The notes under the pieces are model-generated. The model saw nothing but the letters and a program-made list of their open reading frames with translations. It had not been told where the DNA came from and made no database searches. The position numbers and the translations under genes were made by a program. This document shows positions 19,229 through 27,751 of a DNA stretch of 64,000 nt, piece after piece. Position 1 is the first letter of the stretch. Each line of letters opens with the position of its first letter. Source of the DNA: Brevinematales bacterium (GTDB taxonomy: Bacteria > Spirochaetota > Brevinematia > Brevinematales > GWF1-51-8); NCBI GenBank assembly GCA_013177895.1, contig JABLXV010000004.1, positions 2,496 through 66,495 of the forward strand, read 5' to 3'.

Positions 19229-19984
19229 TTATTTTATTTGAATGATCTGACCGGGGCCTATTATATTATTATCAAATTTAGGTTCGCCTTTTACTTTTAT
19301 ATTGCCCGTGCCCATTATTTTCGATTTGAGTTTTTCCGAGACTTCAATCTCGCATCCGCCGTTTCCCCATATTTCTACATATGCGTTATCCGAACAAAAA
19401 TCCTTTCCCAGAAAATTACCCATAGCGTTAATACCGACAGTCGTTTCTTTCGCACTCCCCTTTATCATTACCGAACCGGAACCCGATATCTGGAAATTCC
19501 CCTTATCCACGCGAATATCCCCGCTTACAATCCCGCTTCCAGACAGACTGACGATCAGGCTTTTCGGGTTCCCGTGAAAATCAATCGTACCTGAGCCATC
19601 CAGAATAATGGTTAACTGATCGTTGGTAACAGGGTCGAACACCGAAATATTTCCGTCTCCGCTGAGTTCGATTTTTTTCAATACAGGCATCGTAATATTG
19701 ACAACCAACTGCGGACAGTCAATCCCGTTATTATTCCCTATATAGAGCACTTCGCCGTGAACCTTGGAGGTAATCGAATCCATCAGATTGTCATCGATTG
19801 ATATTTCTACCTTTTGTACATCCCCAATAGTGATATTCATAAGTCCCTGAGATTCGAATATAACGGAATGAAAAGCGGAAATATTTTTTTCCGCCTTGAT
19901 AATATTACCCGATCCGTCAGCAGCACAGGATGCAAGGAGAACAACGGTAAAAAGAATCACTATCCGAGGGAATGAGTATCGCAT
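19229..19984 (-). CDS. Lipoprotein with GIN/DUF2807-type beta-helix domain (putative adhesin-head-like)
   Basis: Lipobox VVLLASCAADG. Repeated short strands SGDGNISV, GSGTIDF, GSGIVSG, GSGSVMI, GNGGCEI and GTGNIKV are typical of DUF2807 / head GIN domain proteins (from memory). Confidence 0.7.
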   Translation of the reverse strand: MRYSFPRIVILFTVVLLASCAADGSGNIIKAEKNISAFHSVIFESQGLMNITIGDVQKVEISIDDNLMDSITSKVHGEVLYIGNNNGIDCPQLVVNITMPVLKKIELSGDGNISVFDPVTNDQLTIILDGSGTIDFHGNPKSLIVSLSGSGIVSGDIRVDKGNFQISGSGSVMIKGSAKETTVGINAMGNFLGKDFCSDNAYVEIWGNGGCEIEVSEKLKSKIMGTGNIKVKGEPKFDNNIIGPGQIIQIK

Positions 19985-20200
19985 GATTCATCCTTAGTAA
20001 GTCGGTTTGATGAAATTATCTGCAGGGCTTCATTGAAAGAAATATCCAATCTGAGGGTAATTTCCCAATATTCAAATGGAAGACCAATGAAAGGAAAATA
20101 TTTTATTAAAATACTCCGAAAGTGGTATTCCCAATCTTAGAGCATTATGTTAGAATATTACTATCAAATTGTTTATACCCCCAGATATATCAGATGTTCA

Positions 20201-20236
20201 GGGAGGCGGTGTTTATACACCGCCTTCCCTATTTTT
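20201..20236. terminator. Strong hairpin 5 nt downstream of the minus-strand OMP gene stop; its U-tract is on the plus strand
   Basis: GGGAGGCGGTGT-TTAT-ACACCGCCTTCCC (20201-20229), followed on the + strand by TATTTTT. On the minus strand no U-run follows. Confidence 0.55.
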
Positions 20237-21425
20237 AGATCTTAATATTTACTCCACCGTATATCTTCATCATCATTGACTGATCGCTGTACGCCTCGCC
20301 TTTCAGGAATACTCCCGCTGATAGAATCAAATCCATAGAATAATCCAAATGGGCTTTCATCAGGATCGACAACTCCGTACCGATATAGGAGTTGGTCAAA
20401 TTAGCGCCAGTATCCGATATCGGACAATCCGCGACAGCCTTATTCAGCATAAGCGCGTTCACATTGATTGTAAAGACGTTGCCGAAGCCGATAAAACCCG
20501 ATAGCTTTAATAGAAAGAGGTTGGAGAACTTCGGGAACAGTACGATACCGGTATCGACATACCCGGGTGAGTAGAACAAGGTATCCTGCGACGTAGTATT
20601 ACCTACGGGATAGGTATTGGTTCTGGCGGAGCCGCCTGTCGAATAACCGACCGAGAAGATCATGCCCGCCTTGGGTGCGCTTGCAATCTTCAGCAGAAAG
20701 TCGAACATAGTCCCGAAAGCGGAAATAGTAGCGTTCTCATTTTTCCCGCCCTCGTAGATTGCAGAGAATCGGTATCCCGCGTCGGCGCTAAAGCTTCCCA
20801 TATTATAGAGTTCGATGAAGAATGGCTGGTATTGTGTATTGTTCGTAGTGGTATCAAAGCAATAGAAAAACCCCAGCGACAATTTTTCGCCGATCAGATC
20901 GTAACGTGAAAGAGTGATTCCGCCCGTATAACGCTGCGCTCCCTGAATCTGATCTTCAGGATTGAATTCGAACGAGTTAATCAGATTTGGAAGTAAACCG
21001 TAATAAAGAACCAGCAGGTCGATTTCCGTACCAAATAGAACCGCTTTGAAATTCAACCCGTCGCCCTTCCCCGCTATCACTATACCGCTCATCTTCTTAA
21101 AGTAGTTCCGTCCCAGAACAAATTGGATATTATCTCCGGTATAGTTCACGAAGAGCTTATCGATAAAAATCTGGTTTGTTCCATTCGTACCCGAATACAT
21201 ATAATAATCGCTCAACCCGAAAGAAAGGTACTTTTTATCATCGAGATAAAGATTGAGATACAAACCCGCGTTATTGACCAGCATCGTTGATACAGAGTTG
21301 GTATTCGACGACGGTGCAAAATAGATATAGTTCAGACTATCCTTCAGACTCCAGTCGAAATAGAGACTGAAACCCTTCGTTACGCTTAACAATAGAAGAA
21401 AAATAATCCCCGCTCTCATTTTCAT
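20235..21425 (-). CDS. Predicted outer-membrane beta-barrel protein; last gene of the CHASE2 cyclase operon
   Basis: Signal peptide MKMRAGIIFLLLLSVTKGFS. 396 aa of alternating amphipathic strands. GGGGAAGGA RBS. Starts 11 nt after the FecR-like gene. Confidence 0.6.
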   Translation of the reverse strand: MKMRAGIIFLLLLSVTKGFSLYFDWSLKDSLNYIYFAPSSNTNSVSTMLVNNAGLYLNLYLDDKKYLSFGLSDYYMYSGTNGTNQIFIDKLFVNYTGDNIQFVLGRNYFKKMSGIVIAGKGDGLNFKAVLFGTEIDLLVLYYGLLPNLINSFEFNPEDQIQGAQRYTGGITLSRYDLIGEKLSLGFFYCFDTTTNNTQYQPFFIELYNMGSFSADAGYRFSAIYEGGKNENATISAFGTMFDFLLKIASAPKAGMIFSVGYSTGGSARTNTYPVGNTTSQDTLFYSPGYVDTGIVLFPKFSNLFLLKLSGFIGFGNVFTINVNALMLNKAVADCPISDTGANLTNSYIGTELSILMKAHLDYSMDLILSAGVFLKGEAYSDQSMMMKIYGGVNIKI

Positions 21426-21436
21426 ATTCCTTCCCC

Positions 21437-22111
21437 TTATAAGCGCTGAGGTTCAATACTGATATCGAGAATCTGGATGCCGATATAGTCCTGTAAAAGG
21501 TCTAATAATCCCTGATACTGCGATTCGTCGAAATTAGGATCGATCCCGGAGAACCCGGTTAACAATTCGTTGAGCTGATCCGAATTAGGGTCGATTCCAA
21601 GCCCATCGGGCGAAGCACCCTGTCCGACGAATAACGAACCGGATATGCCTGAGATGTTATCGATAGATACCTCACCTACCAATACAAATACCGACATTCC
21701 CAGATCGGGGAAATAGATAACCAGTTCCTCAGTACCGCGTACCGAAGCGCTTCCTTCAGGGGTCTGAACCGTGAAACCGATCTTTCCCTGCGCGGCCTGC
21801 TTATCGTATTTAACTTTCACTTTACCCATTTCAAGATTGACGCCGCTTTTCGTTAAATCGGCTTTCGTCTTTTCGGTAAACGTAGCTTTAGACAATTCCT
21901 GAAGCTTGAATTCGCCCGCGCCGTAGGTAATGACGACCGATGAACTGAAACCCGTCATCAGCGCTGTTCCGTCATTGATCTGCATCCCGACCTTCGCTGC
22001 CTGCCATTTCCCGCCGATCATCGCCTTCACGTCGCCTTTTACCGATTTAACCTTTCCCGCATAAGCGTATGCCGCGGTTAATACCAATAGAACTACTAAA
22101 ATTTTTCTCAT
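21437..22111 (-). CDS. FecR-domain-like periplasmic protein
   Basis: I start at ATG 22111 (MRKILVVLLVLTAAYAYAG signal peptide, with GAAGGAGG RBS 8 nt upstream) rather than ORF-track 22138. GKVKSVKGDVKAMIGGKWQAAKVGMQINDGTALMTGFSSSVVITYGAGEFKL matches the FecR-domain pattern. Confidence 0.6.
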   Translation of the reverse strand: MRKILVVLLVLTAAYAYAGKVKSVKGDVKAMIGGKWQAAKVGMQINDGTALMTGFSSSVVITYGAGEFKLQELSKATFTEKTKADLTKSGVNLEMGKVKVKYDKQAAQGKIGFTVQTPEGSASVRGTEELVIYFPDLGMSVFVLVGEVSIDNISGISGSLFVGQGASPDGLGIDPNSDQLNELLTGFSGIDPNFDESQYQGLLDLLQDYIGIQILDISIEPQRL

Positions 22112-22112
22112 C

Positions 22113-22565
22113 TTACTTTCCTCCTTCTTCTTCATCATCCGTAATCGGGTATAACAGGGCTTTAATGCGGTGCACGACCGCCATTAATTCCATCCCGTTA
22201 ACCATTTTATACTCGCTATACTTTTGAGGTAATAGCTTGACATCCGCGAGGGATAGAAAAGCATACCTGTCCAACCCGGTGACCTTATAAAGAAACGCCG
22301 ACGGCAGATTGAATTCTTCGATTATGATTTTCGCGAGTTTACCGTAAGACAGCGCATCTTTCGCCACTACCGAAAATTGCTGCATTTTCGGATCGGTAAA
22401 TACATTCTTCAATTCGATGTCCGGGTTTTTAATAGCCGATACAAACCATACCCCTTCTTCGACTGATACGGAATCCTTTTGGAGTATTCCGTCGATATCG
22501 GTCGTAGACAATCCCAACGCGAAGTTCGCGATCAGGACAAACGCCGCAAGCCAAAACATCTTCAT
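22113..22565 (-). CDS. Hypothetical secreted protein (150 aa)
   Basis: Signal peptide MKMFWLAAFVLIANFALG; GGAGGG RBS; acidic tail DDEEEGGK. No family recognised. Confidence 0.5.
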   Translation of the reverse strand: MKMFWLAAFVLIANFALGLSTTDIDGILQKDSVSVEEGVWFVSAIKNPDIELKNVFTDPKMQQFSVVAKDALSYGKLAKIIIEEFNLPSAFLYKVTGLDRYAFLSLADVKLLPQKYSEYKMVNGMELMAVVHRIKALLYPITDDEEEGGK

Positions 22566-22579
22566 GCCTTCCCTCCTTC

Positions 22580-24889
22580 TTATCCTTTCGATTTCAGCAC
22601 ATATACGCCGTTCCAGCCCGCTGGCGGCGGATTCTTAATAAACTCCTGGCACCGGTCCATATATACCGCGGACGGCGGATCGGAGTATTTTTTATAACAT
22701 TCCGAGAAACTATTATATGCGTCCTTCCATTTCTGGGCTTTATATATTTCCATGGCGCTCTTAAACATCGAAACAGTTTCAATGCTGCCGGGCGATGCAT
22801 CGGACATTCGATCCATCAGTTCGTAAACCCTGATGGGCTGGTCTTTCCCGATCACCTTCAATGTATCCAACTCGCGCGCAAGAAATTCGTCCTTCACCAC
22901 CGCGAACGTGGTTTCCGATATCATCGAGCATGTCCCGTAGAACTTATTCGCGCCCTCGAGACGCGACGCCAGATTGACCGTATCTCCCATCATCGTATAG
23001 TCCATACGCTGCATGGAGCCCATATTACCGACTACGGCGTCTCCCGTATTGATACCCATACGCACTATTATTTCAGGCTTGTTCTCGCTTTTCCACTTCG
23101 CGCGGAGCTGGGTCAGACGCTTCTGCATATCGACTACCGCGTTGCAGGCGCGTATCGCATGATCCTTCTGTACCAACGGTGCGCCGAAGAACGCGACTAT
23201 CGCATCCCCCTCGTATTTATCGACCGTCCCGTTTACCGAAAGAATAATATCCGTCATCTCCGTGAGATACTCGTTCAGGAACCCGACCAGTACGTCAGGG
23301 GTCATTCCCTCGGAGATCGATGTGAAGCCCTGAATATCGGAAAAGTACGCGGTAATTTCGCGTCTCTCGCCGCCGAGATTCAGGAGGTTGGGATTATCGA
23401 TAACCTGCTTCACCACTTCGGGCGACAGATAATGCATAAACGCGGTCTTGATAAAATTCTTTTCCTTATCGAAACGGATGAATTTCGCGGCAACATATCC
23501 GATATAAGTAACCGCTATACCCATAAACGTCATCGCGTAATTGAATACCATACCCATCCATGAGATAGCCGCAAGATAGGTAAATACCAACAGCACCAAC
23601 GCCCCTAATGTCAGCAGTACTTCCTGTATCGCGGATTTTATACGGCGGTCGAACACGAGAATGAGCAGGGAGAATAACAGCATCAGCAGGAGGTTCTCCC
23701 ATAAGGGTACGTCGAACAGGAATGCCTTCTGGTAAATCGTATTCAGTACATTACCATACACCAGCACCAACGGAGAATAAGGATCGATCGGTAACGACCC
23801 GATATCCGTCTGGGATGTAGACGCGTTCCCTATAATGACTATCTTGCCCTTTACTTTTATCAAATTCGAAATAATTTCGACATTCTGATTGCTGATTTTA
23901 GCGAGTGTCTCCTGATCGAAAATGTCGGCGTACTTATTGAGGTACTGCTGATTATTATAATAATTGATGAACTGAACGATGGGCAGGTGCGTAAACGAAT
24001 CCTTGAAGGGATTGCTCCAGTTTATCAGGATATTTCCCTTATCGTCAATAGGAATCTTAATATCCCCGTTAGTCGTATGAAGAATGACGTGCTGACCGGG
24101 GATGATGACAATATTGCTCTTATCCGCGCCGAGCTCGTCCATCAGCGCGCTCATGGCGAGCTGTGGCATCAGGTAATTGGTACCGAGGGTATGGAATAAC
24201 GCAATACGGCGCACCACCCCGTCGAAGTCGTAATCCACCGAGGTATAACCGACGCCCTTCGCTCCGAGATAGAGCGGATAGACCGGCAGTTCCATCGCAT
24301 TATCCTGCACCAGCTGTCCGGCGAGCTTTTTATCCTTCAGTGGGTAGAAAAATGACGAGGAGATGCTTTGCAGATCGTCCGCGTTTTCTTTCCCGGTCGA
24401 TTCGACCCCGCGGCATGCCAGATATATATTTCCCGCTTCGTAGATGCTTTTTCCGAGCATCCGGTCGGGGTTCATCACGAGTTTTTCCAGAAGCTGCTGC
24501 CCCGGCAGGGACGTCCCGTACTGAGAAACACTTTCGTATGTCTCGATATCCAGTTGGAGCTCGGACTTATCGATATACTCGATATCCACGATAACCTTTT
24601 CCGCGCCGAAGATGCTGAGCGCTTCCAATGCCTGTCCCATTACCGAACGCGGCCACGGCCATCGGCCGATCGCGTCGATGGACTGGTTATCGATATCGAC
24701 ATAGACAATTTTGTCCCATTCGGCGGGTTTCGTCTTGATATTGGAGTAGAGGTCGTATACTTTTAAATGAAAGAATTTACCCACGTAGGTAAGCGAGAAT
24801 AGTATCCCGAATAATAATCCTGCGGGAATAATTGCGTAATGTAAATATTTTTTTGCAGCATCCCAAAAACTTTTTTTAACGTTTTTCAT
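22580..24889 (-). CDS. Membrane-bound class III adenylate/guanylate cyclase with periplasmic CHASE2 sensor domain
   Basis: 769 aa: N-terminal TM, a ~350-aa extracytoplasmic region, three TM helices, then cyclase motifs ITAYFSDIQGFTSISE, KYEGDAIVAFFGAP, RMGINTGDAVVGNMGS and YTMMGDTVNLASRLEG. This topology and architecture are typical of CHASE2 cyclases. Confidence 0.9.
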   Translation of the reverse strand: MKNVKKSFWDAAKKYLHYAIIPAGLLFGILFSLTYVGKFFHLKVYDLYSNIKTKPAEWDKIVYVDIDNQSIDAIGRWPWPRSVMGQALEALSIFGAEKVIVDIEYIDKSELQLDIETYESVSQYGTSLPGQQLLEKLVMNPDRMLGKSIYEAGNIYLACRGVESTGKENADDLQSISSSFFYPLKDKKLAGQLVQDNAMELPVYPLYLGAKGVGYTSVDYDFDGVVRRIALFHTLGTNYLMPQLAMSALMDELGADKSNIVIIPGQHVILHTTNGDIKIPIDDKGNILINWSNPFKDSFTHLPIVQFINYYNNQQYLNKYADIFDQETLAKISNQNVEIISNLIKVKGKIVIIGNASTSQTDIGSLPIDPYSPLVLVYGNVLNTIYQKAFLFDVPLWENLLLMLLFSLLILVFDRRIKSAIQEVLLTLGALVLLVFTYLAAISWMGMVFNYAMTFMGIAVTYIGYVAAKFIRFDKEKNFIKTAFMHYLSPEVVKQVIDNPNLLNLGGERREITAYFSDIQGFTSISEGMTPDVLVGFLNEYLTEMTDIILSVNGTVDKYEGDAIVAFFGAPLVQKDHAIRACNAVVDMQKRLTQLRAKWKSENKPEIIVRMGINTGDAVVGNMGSMQRMDYTMMGDTVNLASRLEGANKFYGTCSMISETTFAVVKDEFLARELDTLKVIGKDQPIRVYELMDRMSDASPGSIETVSMFKSAMEIYKAQKWKDAYNSFSECYKKYSDPPSAVYMDRCQEFIKNPPPAGWNGVYVLKSKG

Positions 24890-24920
24890 CGGACTTCCAC
24901 ACTTTTATTTACTTTGTCTT

Positions 24921-24949
24921 ATTTTAAAGAATAAATCTTTTGCTGTCAA
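24921..24949 (-). promoter_or_regulatory. Candidate sigma70-type promoter for the CHASE2 cyclase operon
   Basis: Minus strand: TTGACA (24949-24944), 17-nt spacer, TAAAAT (24926-24921), about 30 nt upstream of ATG 24889. Confidence 0.45.
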
Positions 24950-25041
24950 TCGAATGAAACAAATAAATTCCATAAATCGATATTTAATTCTGTAAAAATG
25001 AAATAATGCTCGTAATCATCCTAAAATAGTAATATTTGTGC

Positions 25042-25731
25042 CTAATCGATAAATAAAATCCCGCCCAAATCCCGTATTACGCCGCCGTTTATCTCATTCA
25101 GTTCGCACCCTGCGCCTCGGATGAATCGCCTGAGTGTTTCCCCCTCCGGGATACTATCCGCCGACCCCGCTAGAAAGACGCGGCCTCCGTAACACCCCAT
25201 CGCGCCGCCGATAAATCCGTGGGGAAACCCATCGAGAGCGACACCCTCCGGGCTGACATAGAGCACGTCGAACCCCGCGCCGGTCAGCATCTTCTCAATC
25301 CCCCTGTCGGACGTAATAAACCGCCCGCCGCCTAACGGCAGGAGACTGCAACGGGTATACCCCTGCTGAACATTGATTATTTTCCCCGCACCCCAGAAAT
25401 CCAGAATTGCCCGGTCTGTTATATCCCCGCGATGTATTAATACGTCGCCGGAGACGACGCAGTTATAGGCCGCCGTCCACGGGTATTCCGCGCCGACATT
25501 TCTATAACCGGTTCTGAATAATATACCCTCATTTTCCAGAGTTTTCAAGTAGAATTTCGGGGTGTTCGGCGCGGCTATTATCTCCCTCCCGGCCTGGCAG
25601 AAAAATAGATCGGGATGCCCCGATATCGCGGGATAGACGATATCCTTTGTCATAAATTCCACGACTTTACCGTAATTCCGCAGGGCTTCCTTAGCGGCGT
25701 CATCCGCGCGTGCGTCAATCAATATCAGCAT
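25042..25731 (-). CDS. Hypothetical protein, possibly the DUF6873 / GME (guanidino-modifying enzyme)-fold family
   Basis: I start at ATG 25731 (MLILIDARADDAAKEALRNYGKVVEF...), overlapping the radical SAM stop by 17 nt. The ORF-track start 25854 lies inside the upstream gene. The pattern ISGHPDLFFCQ...GYTRCSLLPL...FITSD...GF...HGFIGGA recalls DUF6873 from memory only. Confidence 0.5.
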   Translation of the reverse strand: MLILIDARADDAAKEALRNYGKVVEFMTKDIVYPAISGHPDLFFCQAGREIIAAPNTPKFYLKTLENEGILFRTGYRNVGAEYPWTAAYNCVVSGDVLIHRGDITDRAILDFWGAGKIINVQQGYTRCSLLPLGGGRFITSDRGIEKMLTGAGFDVLYVSPEGVALDGFPHGFIGGAMGCYGGRVFLAGSADSIPEGETLRRFIRGAGCELNEINGGVIRDLGGILFID

Positions 25732-26725
25732 GGAATTCCCTTCCCCCGAGCGATTGATCCGCCGCGAACCTGACCGTCCTGAACCGTTCTTCCAGCCATT
25801 TCCTGTTTGTACCGCCGAATCCCGCGGCATAGTTGATTTCGCCATCCGGCACATGCAGAGTTATCCCGCGTGTTTTGTCGCCTTCGATCCCCGCGAACCT
25901 CCGGCGCCAGAGGCCGGTATAGACCATTTCGCGGAACTGGGGGTGAAACGGCCCCGCGAGCACGGATGTCCCGGCGGTCAAATCCTCCGAGGCATGCAGT
26001 CCGATTTTAATGATATGGACTCCCCCCGCTTCCAATATCTCCGTCATATCCGCCGTCCATTCGACCGCATCCTCCATCGTCAGGGGCGCATACTTTCCCG
26101 CGCGGTAATCGTCCGCGAGCGGAGTACCGTCGATCACGACCGCGGGATAGATACGCGCGTCGCTAGCACCTATCGACACGGCCTGCCGCGCGGCGTCGAT
26201 ACAGTACTCCCTGCGGTCGCCGGTGAGTCCCGGCATCAGTTGGAGTCCCAGCCGGAAGCCTCTTTGCAGTATCAGTCCCGACGCGTTTACCGTATCGGCG
26301 GCGGTATGCCCGCGCCCGGCCAGACGCAGGACATCGTCGTTCATCGACTGCGCCCCGAGCTCGATTGTCGATACATGGTACTTTTTCAGCAGGTCGAGCA
26401 CGGGCCGGCCGATTTTATCGGGGCGCGTGGAAAGACGTATCCCGTCGACATTTCCGCTCGTCAGATACTTCTGCGCGCTTTTAAGATATTTCTCCTGCAA
26501 CGCGGATGGAAGCGCGGTAAACGTCCCGCCGAAAAAGCCGATTTCTATCGACGTATCCCCGCGCGGTATGGTGGCGAGACAGCTTTCGATAATGTTCCCG
26601 ATTTCATCGGTGGAAGGAGATTTCAGAATTGACGTGATTTTATTCTGGTCGCAGAAGACGCATTGAAATTCGCATCCGGCAAACGGGATAAAGACCGGTA
26701 TCGTATAATGCTTATGCTTACTCAT
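25715..26725 (-). CDS. Radical SAM protein, ELP3-like catalytic domain without an acetyltransferase domain
   Basis: N-terminal IPVFIPFAGCEFQCVFCDQNKI contains the CxxxCxxC 4Fe-4S/SAM motif. Followed by GFFGGTFTAL and STIELGAQSMNDDVL, typical of ELP3/HemN-like TIM barrels. Confidence 0.85.
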   Translation of the reverse strand: MSKHKHYTIPVFIPFAGCEFQCVFCDQNKITSILKSPSTDEIGNIIESCLATIPRGDTSIEIGFFGGTFTALPSALQEKYLKSAQKYLTSGNVDGIRLSTRPDKIGRPVLDLLKKYHVSTIELGAQSMNDDVLRLAGRGHTAADTVNASGLILQRGFRLGLQLMPGLTGDRREYCIDAARQAVSIGASDARIYPAVVIDGTPLADDYRAGKYAPLTMEDAVEWTADMTEILEAGGVHIIKIGLHASEDLTAGTSVLAGPFHPQFREMVYTGLWRRRFAGIEGDKTRGITLHVPDGEINYAAGFGGTNRKWLEERFRTVRFAADQSLGGREFHADID

Positions 26726-27491
26726 CCCGCCAGACCGTCTTGATACGCGCGAGTTCCTTACCGTTATGGGTATTGACTATCGATTGAAGATACTCCCTGC
26801 CGTGGGCATCCAACTGTCTGGTACGGCAGACGATGCCGTCCCCGAAGACCGTTTCCGCGAGATAATTGACCTCCGCCGATACCGGGACTTTCGTGCTCAG
26901 GAAGTCGTACGGCATACTTTCGAGTGCCCATTGAAGGTAATAGGTATGATTCACATGCCCGTTCAGGTCGATATCATGGTATCTGACGTCGAACTCTTTC
27001 TCCGAATCCCATTCGGTCAATCCCTCTATCTTCCGGGGGACACGGTCGAGGACGCGTTCACGCTGTGCCGCCTGAAACCGTGAGAAAACGTCGTGCTTCC
27101 GGGCGGGAATACGTTTCGACGGATGGATCACAATCCAGCTCGCTACGCCCTTTGCAATAACACTTTTATCCGGCGACTCGAGCAGAAAATCCCTATACGC
27201 GAATAAACCCTCATGCCCGGACGGCCATGTCTTCAGTTCGTAGCCGTCCCTCCATCCGGGAAGAATCCCTACTTCGATATACAGCCGGGATAGCACCCAT
27301 GCGAGGTCTTCGTTTATCAGGGAGTAGTAATCCACATGGAGATGGCGGGCATGCTCGGCCGCGCCCTCCTGGAAAATCCCCGCTATCGATAAAAGATTGA
27401 GTTTCCCGTGGAGGTCGAGATCCATCGTTTTCACGCTGCCCTTCTCGACCCAAACCCCGTTATTATCGCTCAAGAGTCCGTCTCCTATCAT
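26718..27491 (-). CDS. Acyl-[acyl-carrier-protein] thioesterase
   Basis: 257 aa with a double hot-dog layout. AWVLSRLYIEV...WP in the first half and VRYHDIDLNGHVNHTYYLQWALESMP in the second are typical of the acyl-ACP thioesterase family. 8-nt overlap with the downstream radical SAM gene. Confidence 0.85.
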   Translation of the reverse strand: MIGDGLLSDNNGVWVEKGSVKTMDLDLHGKLNLLSIAGIFQEGAAEHARHLHVDYYSLINEDLAWVLSRLYIEVGILPGWRDGYELKTWPSGHEGLFAYRDFLLESPDKSVIAKGVASWIVIHPSKRIPARKHDVFSRFQAAQRERVLDRVPRKIEGLTEWDSEKEFDVRYHDIDLNGHVNHTYYLQWALESMPYDFLSTKVPVSAEVNYLAETVFGDGIVCRTRQLDAHGREYLQSIVNTHNGKELARIKTVWRDE

Positions 27492-27568
27492 ATTGCCCGG
27501 TCATATTTTAGATGATTAACCGACGCGTGTCAATAAGTAACATGTGTACATTATAAAAATAGTATTGT

Positions 27569-27751
27569 CTACCGCCGGTAAAAAATATCGCCGAGTTTAC
27601 CGAGGTAGGTCTTCGGTTCCTCGTGTTTCATCGCAGGCTCCGCGGGAGTCTCCGCAGAGGTCTCAGCGGGTTGAACATCCAGCTTTTTCCCGCACTGGTC
27701 GCAGAAAAAGGAATCGTCGTCTATTTCAGATTGACAGAATGGACACTTCAT
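27569..27751 (-). CDS. Zinc-ribbon miniprotein (60 aa)
   Basis: MKCPFCQSEIDDDSFFCDQCGKKL is a CxxC-x11-CxxC zinc ribbon, followed by a Pro/Glu/Ala-rich tail. ATGA start/stop overlap with the upstream AAA+ gene indicates translational coupling. Confidence 0.6.
   Translation of the reverse strand: MKCPFCQSEIDDDSFFCDQCGKKLDVQPAETSAETPAEPAMKHEEPKTYLGKLGDIFYRR

Noticed and set aside
20087-20140. 17-codon small ORF (MKGKYFIKILRKWYSQS) in the 250-nt spacer
   Set aside because: The RBS is weak, there is no supporting conservation information, and such short ORFs arise by chance in AT-rich spacers.
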